NCBI GenBank assembly: GCA_012295275.1
Contig: CM022672.1
Location: 23,746,001-23,810,000, forward strand
DNA from: Chrysomallon squamiferum
Taxonomy: Eukaryota; Animalia; Mollusca
Reading direction: 5' to 3'
Length of the DNA: 64,000 bases
A model generated the notes under the pieces. It made no database searches. It was not told the origin of the DNA and was given only the letters and a program-made list of their open reading frames with translations. The position numbers and the translations under genes were made by a program. Position 1 is the stretch's first letter; each line of letters begins with the position of its first letter. Shown here piece by piece: positions 16,502-38,265 of this stretch.

Positions 16502-16789
16502 TAAAAAAATAGAACAAAATAAAATAAAATAAAATAAAACAAATAACCATGAAAATGTGTGGATTGTTTAGAACCTACCATCAAAGAATAGTTTTGAAAC
16601 AGTTCCCCTGAATGTTTTTACTGTTGTTAAAACCAGAACTTCCTTTGATCAAATATATTTCTGCTGTGTCACTGTTATTTTAGGAAACGTTGAGCTGTTA
16701 TGAAGAAACAGTATATACTTAATAACGAGACAGTAATTCAAGGTCGGTTCCTATGTTTTTTGCATGCAGTAGATACACCTCGACTTTTT

Positions 16790-16885
16790 AAAACTTTATG
16801 ATTTTGTTAAAAGTTCTGGCACACCAATGGAATGTCTGGCATACTTTCAAGCTTCGAGATTTAAGATAAGTAAAATTAATATGAA

Positions 16886-16943
<58 letters not shown>

Positions 16944-16964
16944 TATAATAATAATAATAACAAA

Positions 16965-17000
<36 letters not shown>

Positions 17001-17026
17001 CTGGAAGGTATCCATAGTGCACGGTT

Positions 17027-17061
<35 letters not shown>

Positions 17062-17146
17062 TTACATACTAATTTTATTTATCTTCAATCTGGATGCCAG
17101 ACATTCCAGTGGTGTGCCAAAACGTTTAACAAAATCATAAATTTTT
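16790..17146. repeat. Fold-back inverted repeat (~357 bp) with microsatellite inner arms
   Basis: 16790-16842 vs reverse complement of 17094-17146: 49/53 identical; inner arm AGATTTAAGATAAGTAAAATTAATATG also pairs; then (TAA)n vs (ATT)n; unique spacer 17001-17028. Confidence 0.92.
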
Positions 17147-19184
17147 GTTACTTATTTATTTATTAATTTATTTATTGTTTATTTATTCACTGAAAGTTAC
17201 ATTTCAAAAGTTTAATTTTCAGTAAATCGTCTAATCAGTGATTATTGTTACAGTCCCGGCCTTCAGTAAAATATCAAAAATAACATGGGGGGGGGATAAA
17301 ATAAAAAAAGGAGAAAAGAATAATTTAAAAAGCATTATTATTATTATTATTATTATTATTTGTATTTTTTTGTTTTTGGAATAGACATAGACCTATTTTT
17401 TTCCCTTTGACATCGGGTCATGGTTTTTTCCTGGGAGTCTTAATGCAGAGGACACATAGGTTACAAAGAGTGCAACATTACACCTGTCTGTGTAAACGAT
17501 TAACCCAAATTCACGCAGCCTGGTCAAGGCCGGAATTGTTTATCAACAAACAAACACACATATATATGTATATATATATATATACCTTATCGTAACCATC
17601 TAACCTACATCTGACAGTTGCGCAATGCTGCATTTGTGAACGCTGTGGCATACTGCAGACACAAATAACTAGGAATGCAGACTGCTCAACCTTGCACGTA
17701 TTGAGGTTAAGTTAGAAACAAATTCATTTTTCAGATCCGTCACTGTACAATAAAAACATCATTAATGTGTTTTGCTTTGAAAAAGGAAAAAAATAAAAAA
17801 TAAAAACATGCAGGTGAACGACCGAATGAACCAGCACTAGCGATGAACTTTGCTGCTGAAATCAAGATTTTTATCATCATCATCATCATCATCATGATAA
17901 TTATTATGATGAAATTGATGTTGTCATTGTTATTATTATTATTATTATTATTATTTTAAATAATATTTCTGTTAATAATTATATTCAGCAGCGTTATTGT
18001 ACAACAAACGAAGAAAAACAGCCAAACAAATAAAATTAGAAATAATAAATAGACAAACGAACAAGCAAACAAAATAATGAACAAAAACAAAGAATGAGGA
18101 AAGAAAAAAGAAAACAGTTATGATTAAGAGATAACGCAATGAACACAAGTTCAGACGACAGTACACGTGGAAAAAACTGTTAAGATTTGTTTACAAATGT
18201 TAATCCTTTGACAGAAATAATTGTCCTTTAATGTTTGTCCTTCAGGTTCAGTATTTAGCTTCACTATGTATGTAAAAAAAAAAAAAAAAAAATCACACAC
18301 AAAAGATGTTATTCATTGTTTTGAGATTGCTAACAGAATAAAGTATTTTCTAGACAATATATCCACAACACGCTAATCTGTTCTGTTTGACCTCTTCATG
18401 ACAAAGGAAGTAGTATTTTGACAGAGACAAAAAAACAAATACCACGAAACTTAACATACAAATACTTATCAGGTTTCTACAGGTGTGTTGTTGATAATAC
18501 CCCGTGAAGAAATAATCACTGCTTTAGACGAGAATAATAAAACGCATTTAAAGATTAGAATGACCACTAATGAATACTATTTGTGCAAACCAGGCTATCG
18601 ATAGTTTACGACTGTTCATGGAGCTGCATAAAGAACAAGATAAATAAATACCAAGCCGTTAAATGGAAGCATCTTCGTCAAATGTAATAATAATCACTGA
18701 CAAAAGCAAAGGAACACAGTCCTTGCCAGAACCACTTCAGTCAAAGTTTTTAACATGAAGTTAGCGTCTTCGGCGAATGGTGAATTTCAATGACAAGTAC
18801 TAAAAATATGTTTTCTAATTATATCATGTCGTCTTAAGTTTTCAGCTCCTTATTTTGGTTAGTTAGACGACATATAATATGGTTTTAAGTGTAAAATATC
18901 TTTATTTTTAGCGAAATATTCAGCGCTAATATTCGGGAACATTCCGAAACATACCGGAACACACCGGAACAGGAGATCAAGGTCTAATCATGACCTCACA
19001 GTCTTCGGATGTCACCATCTGTGGTATGTCACCCAGCTGCCCGCAGTCGGAAAACTGCTTGGAGGCCGAGATAACCTCCATCGTAAAAGAAAAGGAGTAT
19101 ATTACCTGTCTATTAAGTTCCTGGAATACAAAATGAAACTGTTTAGAAATCAGTAGGTGTTGCTTTCATTTTTGCTCTGATATA

Positions 19185-19906
19185 CAGTATACCCTCACCT
19201 GTTCGCGGTTCCCCATTCGCGGCCCCGCATATTCGCGGGTTAGGCTCTTAACCCTATCGCATCGTATGCTGGTATACCAGGCGAGCGTCATAACGTCATA
19301 AAAACAAATGCTCGGTAAACCGCACAAACAATATCAAATTTTTTCAATTATTATTGCAATACAGTACGTATTTTTTTATAAATGCATACACTGTATGTAC
19401 AGTGCATATTTTTTGTGACCGTGTATTAATAATGTTTTTAATTGCATATTATTACTGAATTGTATTATTATTACCTGAACTGTGCGTACTATATTTATCT
19501 GTTTGTTTGCCTTTAAATTTGTTCCACTTTCTGTCAATTCTAATACATATGTTGTACGCATAGAAAATGACTTTACGGTACAGTAATACTGTATGGGTAA
19601 CTATGCTATGCGGTGTTACTGTCCTCCTGTACTTACGTTTCTTTCTGATTAAAATATTGTTTCAGTATAAATTAAAATGTGTTTACATTATCATTACTAC
19701 ATTAGTGAAATACATAACTGCATGCAATATTACTACATTATTACTGTATTAATGAGTAAGAGTGTCTTTAGAAAGTGTTTGGGGAGCATTTAGTACCGTA
19801 TATAATCTCATAATAGACGTTTTAAAACTGCATCAAATATTCGCGGTTTTTCGCTATTCGCGGGGGGGTAAAGAACGTAACCCCCGCGAATAGCGAGGGA
19901 ATACTG
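19185..19906. mobile_element. 722-bp non-autonomous DNA transposon (MITE), Tc1/mariner superfamily, pogo/Tigger-like
   Basis: Imperfect TIRs CAGTATACCCTCACCTGTTCGCGG ... CCGCGAATAGCGAGGGAATACTG; TA on both sides (19183-84, 19907-08); subterminal TTCGCGG repeats; AT-rich non-coding core. Confidence 0.88.
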
Positions 19907-20002
19907 TATATACGTTTAGCTCCGTCTCCATCATAGACCCTTCAAATCCTAAATACGTTTTAGCGATTCGTAGAAGTGGTAATCAGCTGGAAGTAGACAA
20001 TG

Positions 20003-20106
<104 letters not shown>

Positions 20107-20410
20107 CAATCATATTAATGTAATTCCTTTTTATTTTCTGACCTAAAGCGATTTCTATTGCCTGTTGTATATACTAATTTAGCATTGCCGTTGACATTAG
20201 TCTGGTCTTCTATATTTCAGTTATTTTAAAAATATTTTCTTAATATTTGTTGTTTCTCTTTTTCTCACGTAAGAATTAGCAAGAGAGCAATAAAATAACA
20301 TCAATTTGTTCTTTAAAGAAAAATGAGAAAAATAGAAAAGCTAATAAAATAACTACCCTTTCAATAGCTATGTCGACATTGTTCTTTCCTTCAATAATAA
20401 TAATAATAAT

Positions 20411-20447
<37 letters not shown>

Positions 20448-20807
20448 AGGAATCCAGAATGTATCGATTGTTTTTAACATAATAAAAACTAATCGGTAAC
20501 TATTTTTAATATCTAGGAAGCATTTCCTTTTCTTTAAAAAAAATATTCATAGTCTTTATATAATTTGAAACGATGCATACATATATCATTAAATTTAAAC
20601 ATATATATATATATATCTTATTATCAAAACTAAATACCATCTACAGTTTCTACATAATAATTTGGATTGTTAGCAGGATTTTTTATTTGTTTTATTTGTT
20701 TGTTTTGGCAAGTTTTCAAGAAAAGAAAAGTAAAAAAAACTACAATAACTAAAGCACTGAACCTGGTCTGCGATCAGTTATTCTGACATTAAAAAGGTTC
20801 TGTTTTC

Positions 20808-20992
20808 ACACGTGGCTAACACTCGCTCAGAAATGACCACTGGTCATCGAACAGTTGACCCAATGACCCAAAGCATATTCCAGCCTGTATATTTCTACTG
20901 AACTACATAAGGCACAGAAATGAGTCTCGACATCTGGACTGAGTAGTTCAATAAAGGTCAGTAATCCACGTAGCTGATAAGGTCAAAGTTCA
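20808..20992. promoter_or_regulatory. Candidate nuclear-receptor response element cluster (downstream duplicate copy)
   Basis: CACGTG ~20808; TGACCA-C-TGGTCA 20834-20846; DR2 TGACCC-aa-TGACCC 20856-20869; DR4 AGTTCA-ataa-AGGTCA 20945-20960; DR1 AGGTCA-a-AGTTCA 20980-20992. Confidence 0.45.
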
Positions 20993-21209
20993 AAGTAAAT
21001 ATTAAAATACTCCAATAAATGAAAATAATATTTCACGGCACCTCTCCTATAATGATATTAGGCCATGATGTATAAATGAAACCATTAATGTTGGGTTTTT
21101 TTACAAGTAGAATGATACTCCTTGTTTTATATGAACTTGTAATAATTGTTTAAACTTGGCTTTATTTTATTTTATTTTATTTTATTTTATTTATTTATTT
21201 ATTTATTTT

Positions 21210-21246
<37 letters not shown>

Positions 21247-21481
21247 CTTCTTCTTTTTTCATTCTTTTTCCTTTGTTTAATTTTTAATTTAAAAAATAAA
21301 AATAAAATAATAACTGTTTCACGTATCTCAGGAGCATTTTAATTAATAAAACGGTATGTTGCTATCTAAAAAAATTATTCATCTGCCTTATTTATTTTAT
21401 TTTCCAATCCAACTGAGCTTCGAGAAGATAGATTTGTCAGATTTTGTACAGACTGTAACAAGTGGAATTAAATGATACTTT

Positions 21482-22205
21482 GGGACAACAACAAACATTA
21501 CCAAGAGCATACCATTAAATGTATGTGTTATTATGTATTACTTTTCTTGTACAGTTTTAGTAATTCAGTTTCTGATACCATTAAAATATTTTTTTTCTAG
21601 ACATTAATATATACATATATATGTTAACAGATTGTGAGAACATACCAAAAGAATGGCGATCGAAGAAAGGTGTCAACAGATACCTTGAAATGTGCTACAG
21701 AGAATGTTATAGATGGAACAGAAACCTGTAAGACAAGGCAAGTTCTCACAGAGGCAGAGGACGAAAACCTGACTGAATATATATATATTAATGGCTTCCC
21801 ACTTGATCATAAGACGCTAAGAAATTTGGCCTTCCAGCATGCTAAAACAAAAATCAGAAGAAATTTCCATCTAAATGGGCCGAAAATGGGATGAAATTGT
21901 CAACATTTGTCTTAACACAGCATGCAGCTCAGGCTGTACTTGTACATTCTGGTTTTCTACATAGCTGAGTGTATTTATCTTGCGTATAATACATTGTCTT
22001 ATGGTGCCTCAATGCTGACACAACCTTGATAGGGCTATTATGTTTTACATTCATATTTGTATAAATTTAGGATTTTATAATAACGAAACTTTTTTTCCAA
22101 CAAAACCAACCATTTTATACGAATAAAAAATATATGCACATAACTACACACACACAATCATTTGTGCCAAATTATCGGGTGACAATAAACATTATGTCTT
22201 TATTA
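21482..22205 (+). mobile_element. Decayed pogo/Tigger-like transposon remnant (N-terminal HTH/CENP-B-type transposase fragment at 21634-21894)
   Basis: ~720 bp present only in the downstream copy of the duplication; translation VRTYQKNGDRRKVSTDTLKCATENVIDG..RQVLTEAEDENLTEYI..GFPLDHKTLRNLAFQHAK resembles Psq/CENP-B-type HTH transposase N-termini with internal deletions; boundaries approximate. Confidence 0.6.
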
Positions 22206-23152
22206 TACGACGTCATATTCCTTACTGCTTTCTATCCTACTTAAATATGCAGCCAACTACTTGGCACTGTGCCTATCGGGGCAGTAGGTTTGGAAACCGT
22301 AATGACCACAGTATCCAAAGCAGATCCAGGCTGTTATTAAGGTCATTACATTATAGTATATTTTTTTCATATTCAGCCATCTGGAAAATAAGATCCAATA
22401 ACTGTAGCTTATCATCATAACAGAAGTTTTATATTAAACGTAATACGACTATTGCAAGAAAAAGGAAAGAAAAAGAAAAAAAAGAAAAACGACAATGAGA
22501 TATAAAAGAGAGGAAACACAAAGTCTGTGATATTAAAAAAAAAAAAAAAAAAAAAAAACAGCGATAGTATCCGTTTACATAGACTTCTAGGACAGTCCTA
22601 ATTTCCATGAAAATGAAATATTTTCGAAGTTTTAAAGTAACTTTTAACCGATTCTGCGAGGTAATCCTGCATTGTCTCCAGGAAAAGTGCTCCTAATTTT
22701 CAGAGATCTTACAAAAGAACGATTTCTTTTATCATTCTTTTGAATAAAAAATTATAGAAAATACAAAAAATTCTTTTCTTTCCATTTTATTTCTTGTTTT
22801 CTTTCTTCTTTTTTTTTAAATTTTTTTTATGTCAGCATGATTTCTTAATACCAATACAATCAATGTAACGATAACATTTATTATAATCTAAATTTATTTC
22901 AGAAATCACAGGCAATGTCCTGTTTCATTTCTATTTATAATATATATATTTGGTTGTTTTGTTGTTGTTGTTTTTTTGTATTTTTTTTTGTTATTTGGTG
23001 TGTGCGCATATGCGAGGGTGTTTGCTTGTGTGTTTATGAATATATATAAAATTAATGCCTTTTGAAATTATATTTATATTTTTATTTATTTTTATTTTTG
23101 TGTCCATCATTTTTTAATATCAATACAAAAACATAAATATAACTCATTTCTT

Positions 23153-23189
<37 letters not shown>

Positions 23190-23552
23190 TTATGTGTGTG
23201 TGGGGATATTTGTTGCAGTTTTCGTTTACTTAACGGATCCTGATAGGGAAACCTAACTTACCAGTTTGCGCTGTAGTAAATATGAGGTAACTATTTTAAC
23301 CTATTCATTAGAGAAAAGAGTTTATTGGCAAAATTCTTTATCTATCATTTTCCCATTTTTCTGCATAGATAATGCTAAATTTCAGTTATTTAATATTTCT
23401 GTATCGATATATATATATATGGTTGTTTTGTTGTTTGTCTGTTTTTTGTTGTTTTATATAAATATAACTATATATATATATATATAGCTATATTTGTATT
23501 TTTATGATTATTATTATTATGAACTAGATTTCAACTAGTTTATCGAACGATT

Positions 23553-23772
23553 ATAGGAAATCTCTACCGGAACAAACCGGAAATCTAAGTTAATTCTTTA
23601 AATCTGAACCAGAAAATATTTTATTTAAGCTGCATTCACAGACATCCTGGATTATCTGTTTCGAATGCGAATAGTAAATTCATACTCAGTCTTATTCATC
23701 ATTCATTTAAAAACAGAATTTGTTCATAAAATGTATTTTTATTTTATACAGAAATATTTGATTGGCCTACAA
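23553..23772. repeat. ~220-bp diverged direct repeat, copy 1 (copy 2 at ~24851-25102)
   Basis: Shared AAATCTAAGTTAATTC, AAATCTGAAC, TTTAAGCTGCA, ATCCTGGATTA, AAATTCATACT, ATTGGCCTACAA in the same order. Confidence 0.85.
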
Positions 23773-24850
23773 CTAGGTTTTAACTTGATGACAATTGCTG
23801 TTATTTAATCGAGCGTTTGTAAACTGCTTATCTATATTTGAATGTACATGTAATGCATTAATGGCTGGTATAATTATTTCAGTTAATTACGTAAGGTGAA
23901 ATACAGTTATTATGACAGCCTAATTTTCCTGAGCACATACACGGACATACAAAATGAAAACGTTTTGGAAGCTTTCGCTGGCGTTATGATGATTAATAAA
24001 TAATTCGTAACTAATAGGATTAATTCCTTTATATTTTGTCAACCAGCCATGTAAATATTCTGGTATAAGGTATTATTATTCTTTTTCTGGTTCGCGCTTT
24101 GGCCAGAATATCATGGACGTCGATATATTTTTCGTACAGTTTATGAAAACAATTAATCGAGATATTTTCTGGTCTTTTTTTTCTTTCACCTAATAGTAAG
24201 GTAATAAGATCGAATTTTTTGTGCCATTTTTAGCTATTTTAAACTTGTCTGTGACACTGAGAGCAATATTGGCGACACTAATAAAAAACAACATTTCTTT
24301 TGGTTTCTCTGCAAAATATTTCTCTTAGACTCGATTTATTTAGCAAGCAATTACACTTGTGCGATTTATTTTTTTGGAAGAAACCAGACTAAGACACCAA
24401 TTTAATAGGTTCTTACACAACGAAAATGATTTAGAAAATCGTAGGTGCTGCTTTCTTCTAGGTTCGCATCATTCACTTTTAATTCCAACACCTTCAAAGA
24501 GACCCATTGGTCCAACGAACGTCACGTGACTTTCTTTTTTCTTTTTTTTATCGAAAGCTCTATTATCCGCTTTTTTCCCCTGTGGTTATTATATATATCC
24601 AGTTAGACAATTTCACAGAAACCTTAGTTACTATCTATTTTTGCTTTCTTCGTCATTATATGTTATTTATTTATCTGTCTTTCTCTCTCTCTCTCTCTAC
24701 CTGCTGTTTTTTTTATCTTTTTGTCTATCTATCTAATGCATTGATGTATTCGTAAATAATATTTTTTCTTTGTGAATAAAAAATTACTTATTTTTTTTTC
24801 TTTACATATTACCTTATATAAGCAGATATTAACTATTTTGTCTTACCTCT

Positions 24851-25102
24851 ATAGGAAATATCTGTCACAACAATCGTAATAATAGAAGAGCTTAACAGAA
24901 CACTACCGTTGTCAAATCTAAGTTAATTCACCAAATCTGAACATGAAAAAAAACTGACGATTTAAGCTGCAATCCTGGATTACCTGTTTCGACGGCGACT
25001 AACAAATTCATACTGAGGTTAATCATTATTAATTTAAAGCAAAAATGTATATGTTCACAAAATGTATATTATTTAATATAGAAATATTTTATTGGCCTAC
25101 AA
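24851..25102. repeat. ~250-bp diverged direct repeat, copy 2 (copy 1 at ~23553-23772)
   Basis: Same ordered anchors as copy 1. Confidence 0.85.
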
Positions 25103-26414
25103 AAATACTTTAAATGAGGAAATATTAAAATTGCAGTCATCTATCATACACACCATTATAAATTCAGAATACAACTTATGTCCAACATATTTATTTGCTA
25201 AACAGTTATTAAATGCAACATATTTTTCACTAAGCAGAATATATATAAATATATTTATATATATATATATATATACATATACACACAAGTACACTTTCCA
25301 TTTTGCGAGAGTAAGATTTTTTGTTACTTTTGACAAAAACTATAACAAAAATATAAACGTAATTTACATATGATTATGGTCGGATCTGTTTTTAAAACAA
25401 CAATAACAAAAATAATTTTGTTTTAAATGCCAAAAAATGATAAAAATAATTTAGCGATCATTTTGTCTCAAGTGACTCAAAACGACATTTCATTTATATT
25501 TGATAATAATGAATGTGAGAAATAATTTAGTTTATTTTCATGCTGTTGTATGTATGTAATAGCTATAACCTATATATTTGGGGACTTTTTTTTATTTATT
25601 TTTTTTTATTTGATTATTCAAAAACAAAATATTCGTAAATATGTTTATAGCACCAATTGTATAAAATCCTCAAATTAAAACTTCAAGTTAAAGCATATTT
25701 TAATCTTATCTTTTTTTGATTTTTTTTTGTTGGAAATAAATTTTATAATTTTTAACACCCTCTTTGAAAAGACAATGAAACAACCAACCATTGTTATCAA
25801 ATATTATTAAACCAAATCATTAAATAAATAAATAAATAAATACTTATGAAAACAAATTAAATCAAAGGTAAAATATGTACCATCAATGAAAGTGGATTGT
25901 GGATTAATAGAATTTAGAAATGTTTTTCTTCTATTTGATTTTGAAAGTAAAATACTTATAATAATTGTATTATTACAGAATGTCCAGTTTAATGACTACT
26001 TTACATAAAATAACTACGTATTAAAAGAAAAGAAATAAAGATGAATCCATGTTGAGCTACAAGGTAACAGTGACACTACAGAAGTAATCGCATTTCTCTG
26101 TTAAGCACCAACTTTATGACTGACTTAGTAACATAAATAATAAATTTCCGTCTTCTTAAATCTATTCTGAACATGATTATGATAAAAGGTGGCAGAAATA
26201 AAATTTGATAAGTTTTGGCTTTGTCTTAGTATGGTGAAGATATGAGAATTTATTTCGAGCCAAGAATATATACTAAGATTAAACATTCTGTAACATATCA
26301 GTGACCAGCATCTATCAGTGAAAAAATAAAGATATGTCTCTTTCGGTAAAAACCGATCTATTTAGGTATAGTTTGAAATGAACATAATTTGAACACTAAA
26401 TTATTTGCATAAAA

Positions 26415-26420
26415 TTTATT
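26415..26420 (-). terminator. Candidate polyadenylation signal (AATAAA) of the ImpL2-like gene
   Basis: TTTATT on + at 26415-26420, ~195 nt past the stop codon; the motif is common in AT-rich DNA. Confidence 0.35.
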
Positions 26421-26613
26421 AACATATTTCTCACAATCATTCGTTCAAAATAAATTTTGTGTCCAAAAATACCATATAGACAAAAATACAATGAACAAAA
26501 CAGTCATATAAATAAATAAATAAATAAATAATTTAATAGCACTTCCGGAAGGATCTGATCTTGAGCAAGATCAAAATGTCTTTCACAAAAGTATGTTAGA
26601 CAGGCGGGCTTTC

Positions 26614-35477
<8,864 letters not shown>

Positions 35478-35501
35478 TCTGGAGACAAATTAATACTGAA
35501 A

Positions 35502-35544
<43 letters not shown>

Positions 35545-36626
35545 GTAACAACAGTAATAATAACAATAATAATAAAAACATTTTACACCAATATATATGT
35601 AATAAAGCAAAACATATATCAAAAGGAATACATGCATGTGTGTGTGCGTGCGTGCGTGCGTGCGTGTGTGTGTGTGTGTGTGTGTGTGAATCGCATTACA
35701 CTTAGTCCGCAATCAAATATAAAAATAATACAATATATCTTCACATGATTTGAAAATACCTATAATCATAATACTATTTATAAAAATGAATGGTAAATCT
35801 AAACAAATCAGTATTGGAAATATCCAGATAAAATGAAAAAATATAAATAGCTCAGTTAAAACGGAACAAATACATGTACAAATGAAAGGAAAATCTACAG
35901 AAATGGAAACTTTAAGCATGCAAAAGAAAAAATATCTTGATTATTATGGAAAAAAATACTTTGTTTTAAAAATCGTATATTCAAAAGAAAATCTTACTAC
36001 TACTACCACAACTACATCTACTACGACTACTATTACTACTACTACTACTATTGCTGCTGCTGCTGCTGCTACTATTACTGCTACTATTTACTACTACTAT
36101 TAATAATCATTATCATCACTGTAATAGTCTACAGCTATGCTATTTTCTCTTCTAACTATTATTATTGTAATATTAATGTAGATATTAAAAAAAAAAATTC
36201 TGCTTTAAAAAAGATTACAGTATTTACTGAAAATCACAATACTTTAAAATTTGAACAGAGAAATGAAGCAGTCGAGAGAAAAAGCAAGAAAAAGTGTCGT
36301 TAAAAGATATTTTTAAAACAAGAAAAAAAAATAGGTAAAAATGGAATAAAAATTTAAGGAAAAAAAAAAAGAAAGAAAAAAGAAAGAATAGAAAGAAAGA
36401 AATGAAAAATGAAAATTTAAAATAAAAGAATATTTAAAACAAATTTATGCATGTTCTCAAAAGAAAATTATTTTAAAAAGAATATTTTTTATTATTATTT
36501 TTTTTTTTCTAAAGATAAAAATTATAAAGATTAAAAAAATAAAAATAAAAATAAATAAATAAAAAAAAAAAAAAAAACCCCACAAAACTTTGTACAAAGA
36601 CAAAACGATAATCCGAAACCACATAC

Positions 36627-36740
36627 CTGTTTATAAATCACAAAGTAAAACAATCGGTCGGGTGCTAACTACGGAACACGGAAAAAAAGTTCTCGAGCAT
36701 GTGCTACACAAAGTTCCTCTTACTTCAAACCAGTCTATTC
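36627..36740 (-). other. Probable non-coding (5'UTR) first exon of the ImpL2-like gene
   Basis: Strong donor ACAG|GTATGT at 36627; coding exon 1 begins with an acceptor so an upstream exon is expected; 5' end estimated ~30 nt from the TATA box. Confidence 0.55.
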
Positions 36741-36744
36741 ATTT

Positions 36745-36845
36745 ACCAACATTGGCTACATGATTTATACTTGGCAGTGACGTCACGAAGTGAGTGCCCA
36801 CGATCTTCAGAGTATGAATGAAAAGTAAACTACCAATCACGAGAG
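36745..36845 (-). promoter_or_regulatory. Core/proximal promoter: TATA box, palindromic CRE, CCAAT boxes
   Basis: TATAAAT on - at 36763-36769; GTGACGTCAC at 36777-36786; CCAAT at 36751-36755 (-) and ~36833 (+); locally CpG-rich island (36650-37200) in an AT-rich background. Confidence 0.6.
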
Positions 36846-37501
36846 AGGGATTATTACTACGCCAGTAAATCGCACCCAGACGTGTGAAAGGGGCCTGTCT
36901 ATCAAAAACACAGGGTGATCGGTGCGTGGGGATTGTCACGAAAGACTATCCAACGAGAGAGAGCAAGCTATCGCGCCAAATTTTCGCTAAAAAATCCTGT
37001 CTATTAGAAATTTCCCGGCGTTTGTTGTGTTAGCGCGGCGTACATGATCAATGACAGGTAGAGAGACGATCATCCGCGAAAGGGCGTCAATAGAGAAGAA
37101 ATAGTAAAAAGAATAAGACTATTGTCCTTCTGTTCGCTGCGGAGTTACACAACAAAAGAACCCGTCCTCTCGATGTGCGTCAGTCGGTGGTAATATTTTG
37201 ACCTGAAATCTGTCTCGTTTTTTAAAAAATCATATTTCTTCTTCTTCTTCTTCTTCTTCTTCTTCATCATAAATAACAGTAATAATAAGAAGAAGAACCA
37301 TCTTATCTCTTTTAAATCACCTTTGTTTTTTTCCTTCTATTATTGCGAACTGAAAAAGCAGATATGACTAACTGTTGGAATGCACCACCACACTGTACTA
37401 AAAATTAATGGAAGATTAAAAAAAAAAAAAAAAAAATGGATCAGTAGATGGACAAAAATAAATGATATCCTTACAGTATTTAATTAAAAAGATTACATAT
37501 A

Positions 37502-37544
<43 letters not shown>

Positions 37545-38234
37545 AGTAAATAAAAAATAACCAATGAATTAATAAAAAAATGATCATGACTAAAGCGGAC
37601 GTCGTTGAGTCATAGCTATAAACGTTAATAGCTATTTCGTAATCGCTGTTTTTAGTACACTGTGTTGCATACGTGTTTGTGTGTGTGTGTGTGTGTAAGA
37701 GAGTGCGCGCGCACGTAAATGTTTATATAACTAAGTATGTACGAGAGAGATATTTCTGCTAATTGAACGGGTTCCTGAATAAGACTAGAAGAATATTTAT
37801 TTATATTTTTGATTTTCAAAATCAAGTTTTTTTTTTATATATATATTTATAAATTTCAAAATACTTCAAAGACTCACTAACAATTTGTCTAATCAGCAAA
37901 ATAGTTTAAGCTGTTAACTCGCCGCACTAAGGGGTGTTATTTCATCTGTACTTTTGTTTCGCTAAGATGGATCATAGTTTCGCTAACACATACAAAAATA
38001 ATGTGATGCATGCTTGGTGTAGTGTCCTCGCCTACGGGTGAGCCACTGAGTCTGAATGCACTAAATCTTAACCGTTCAGCCCGCGGACACCTGTTACGGT
38101 CTGTTGACTCCGTGATCTGGTGCATGACGAACATCCACTGTGCGTAACTCCCTGTATGTAAATGTGAAAATGAAAAATTATTATTTGCTGCTGCTGTTGT
38201 CGGTTAATGCCTGGGAAACAGTCTAGGTTTTTAA

Positions 38235-38265
<31 letters not shown>

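Noticed and set aside
19106-19120. 15-nt microexon-like signal on - strand (TTCCAG|GAACTTAATAGACAG|GTAATA); similar 9-nt case at 23262-23270
   Set aside because: No host transcript can be assigned; such signal pairs occur by chance in 64 kb. Would need junction reads.
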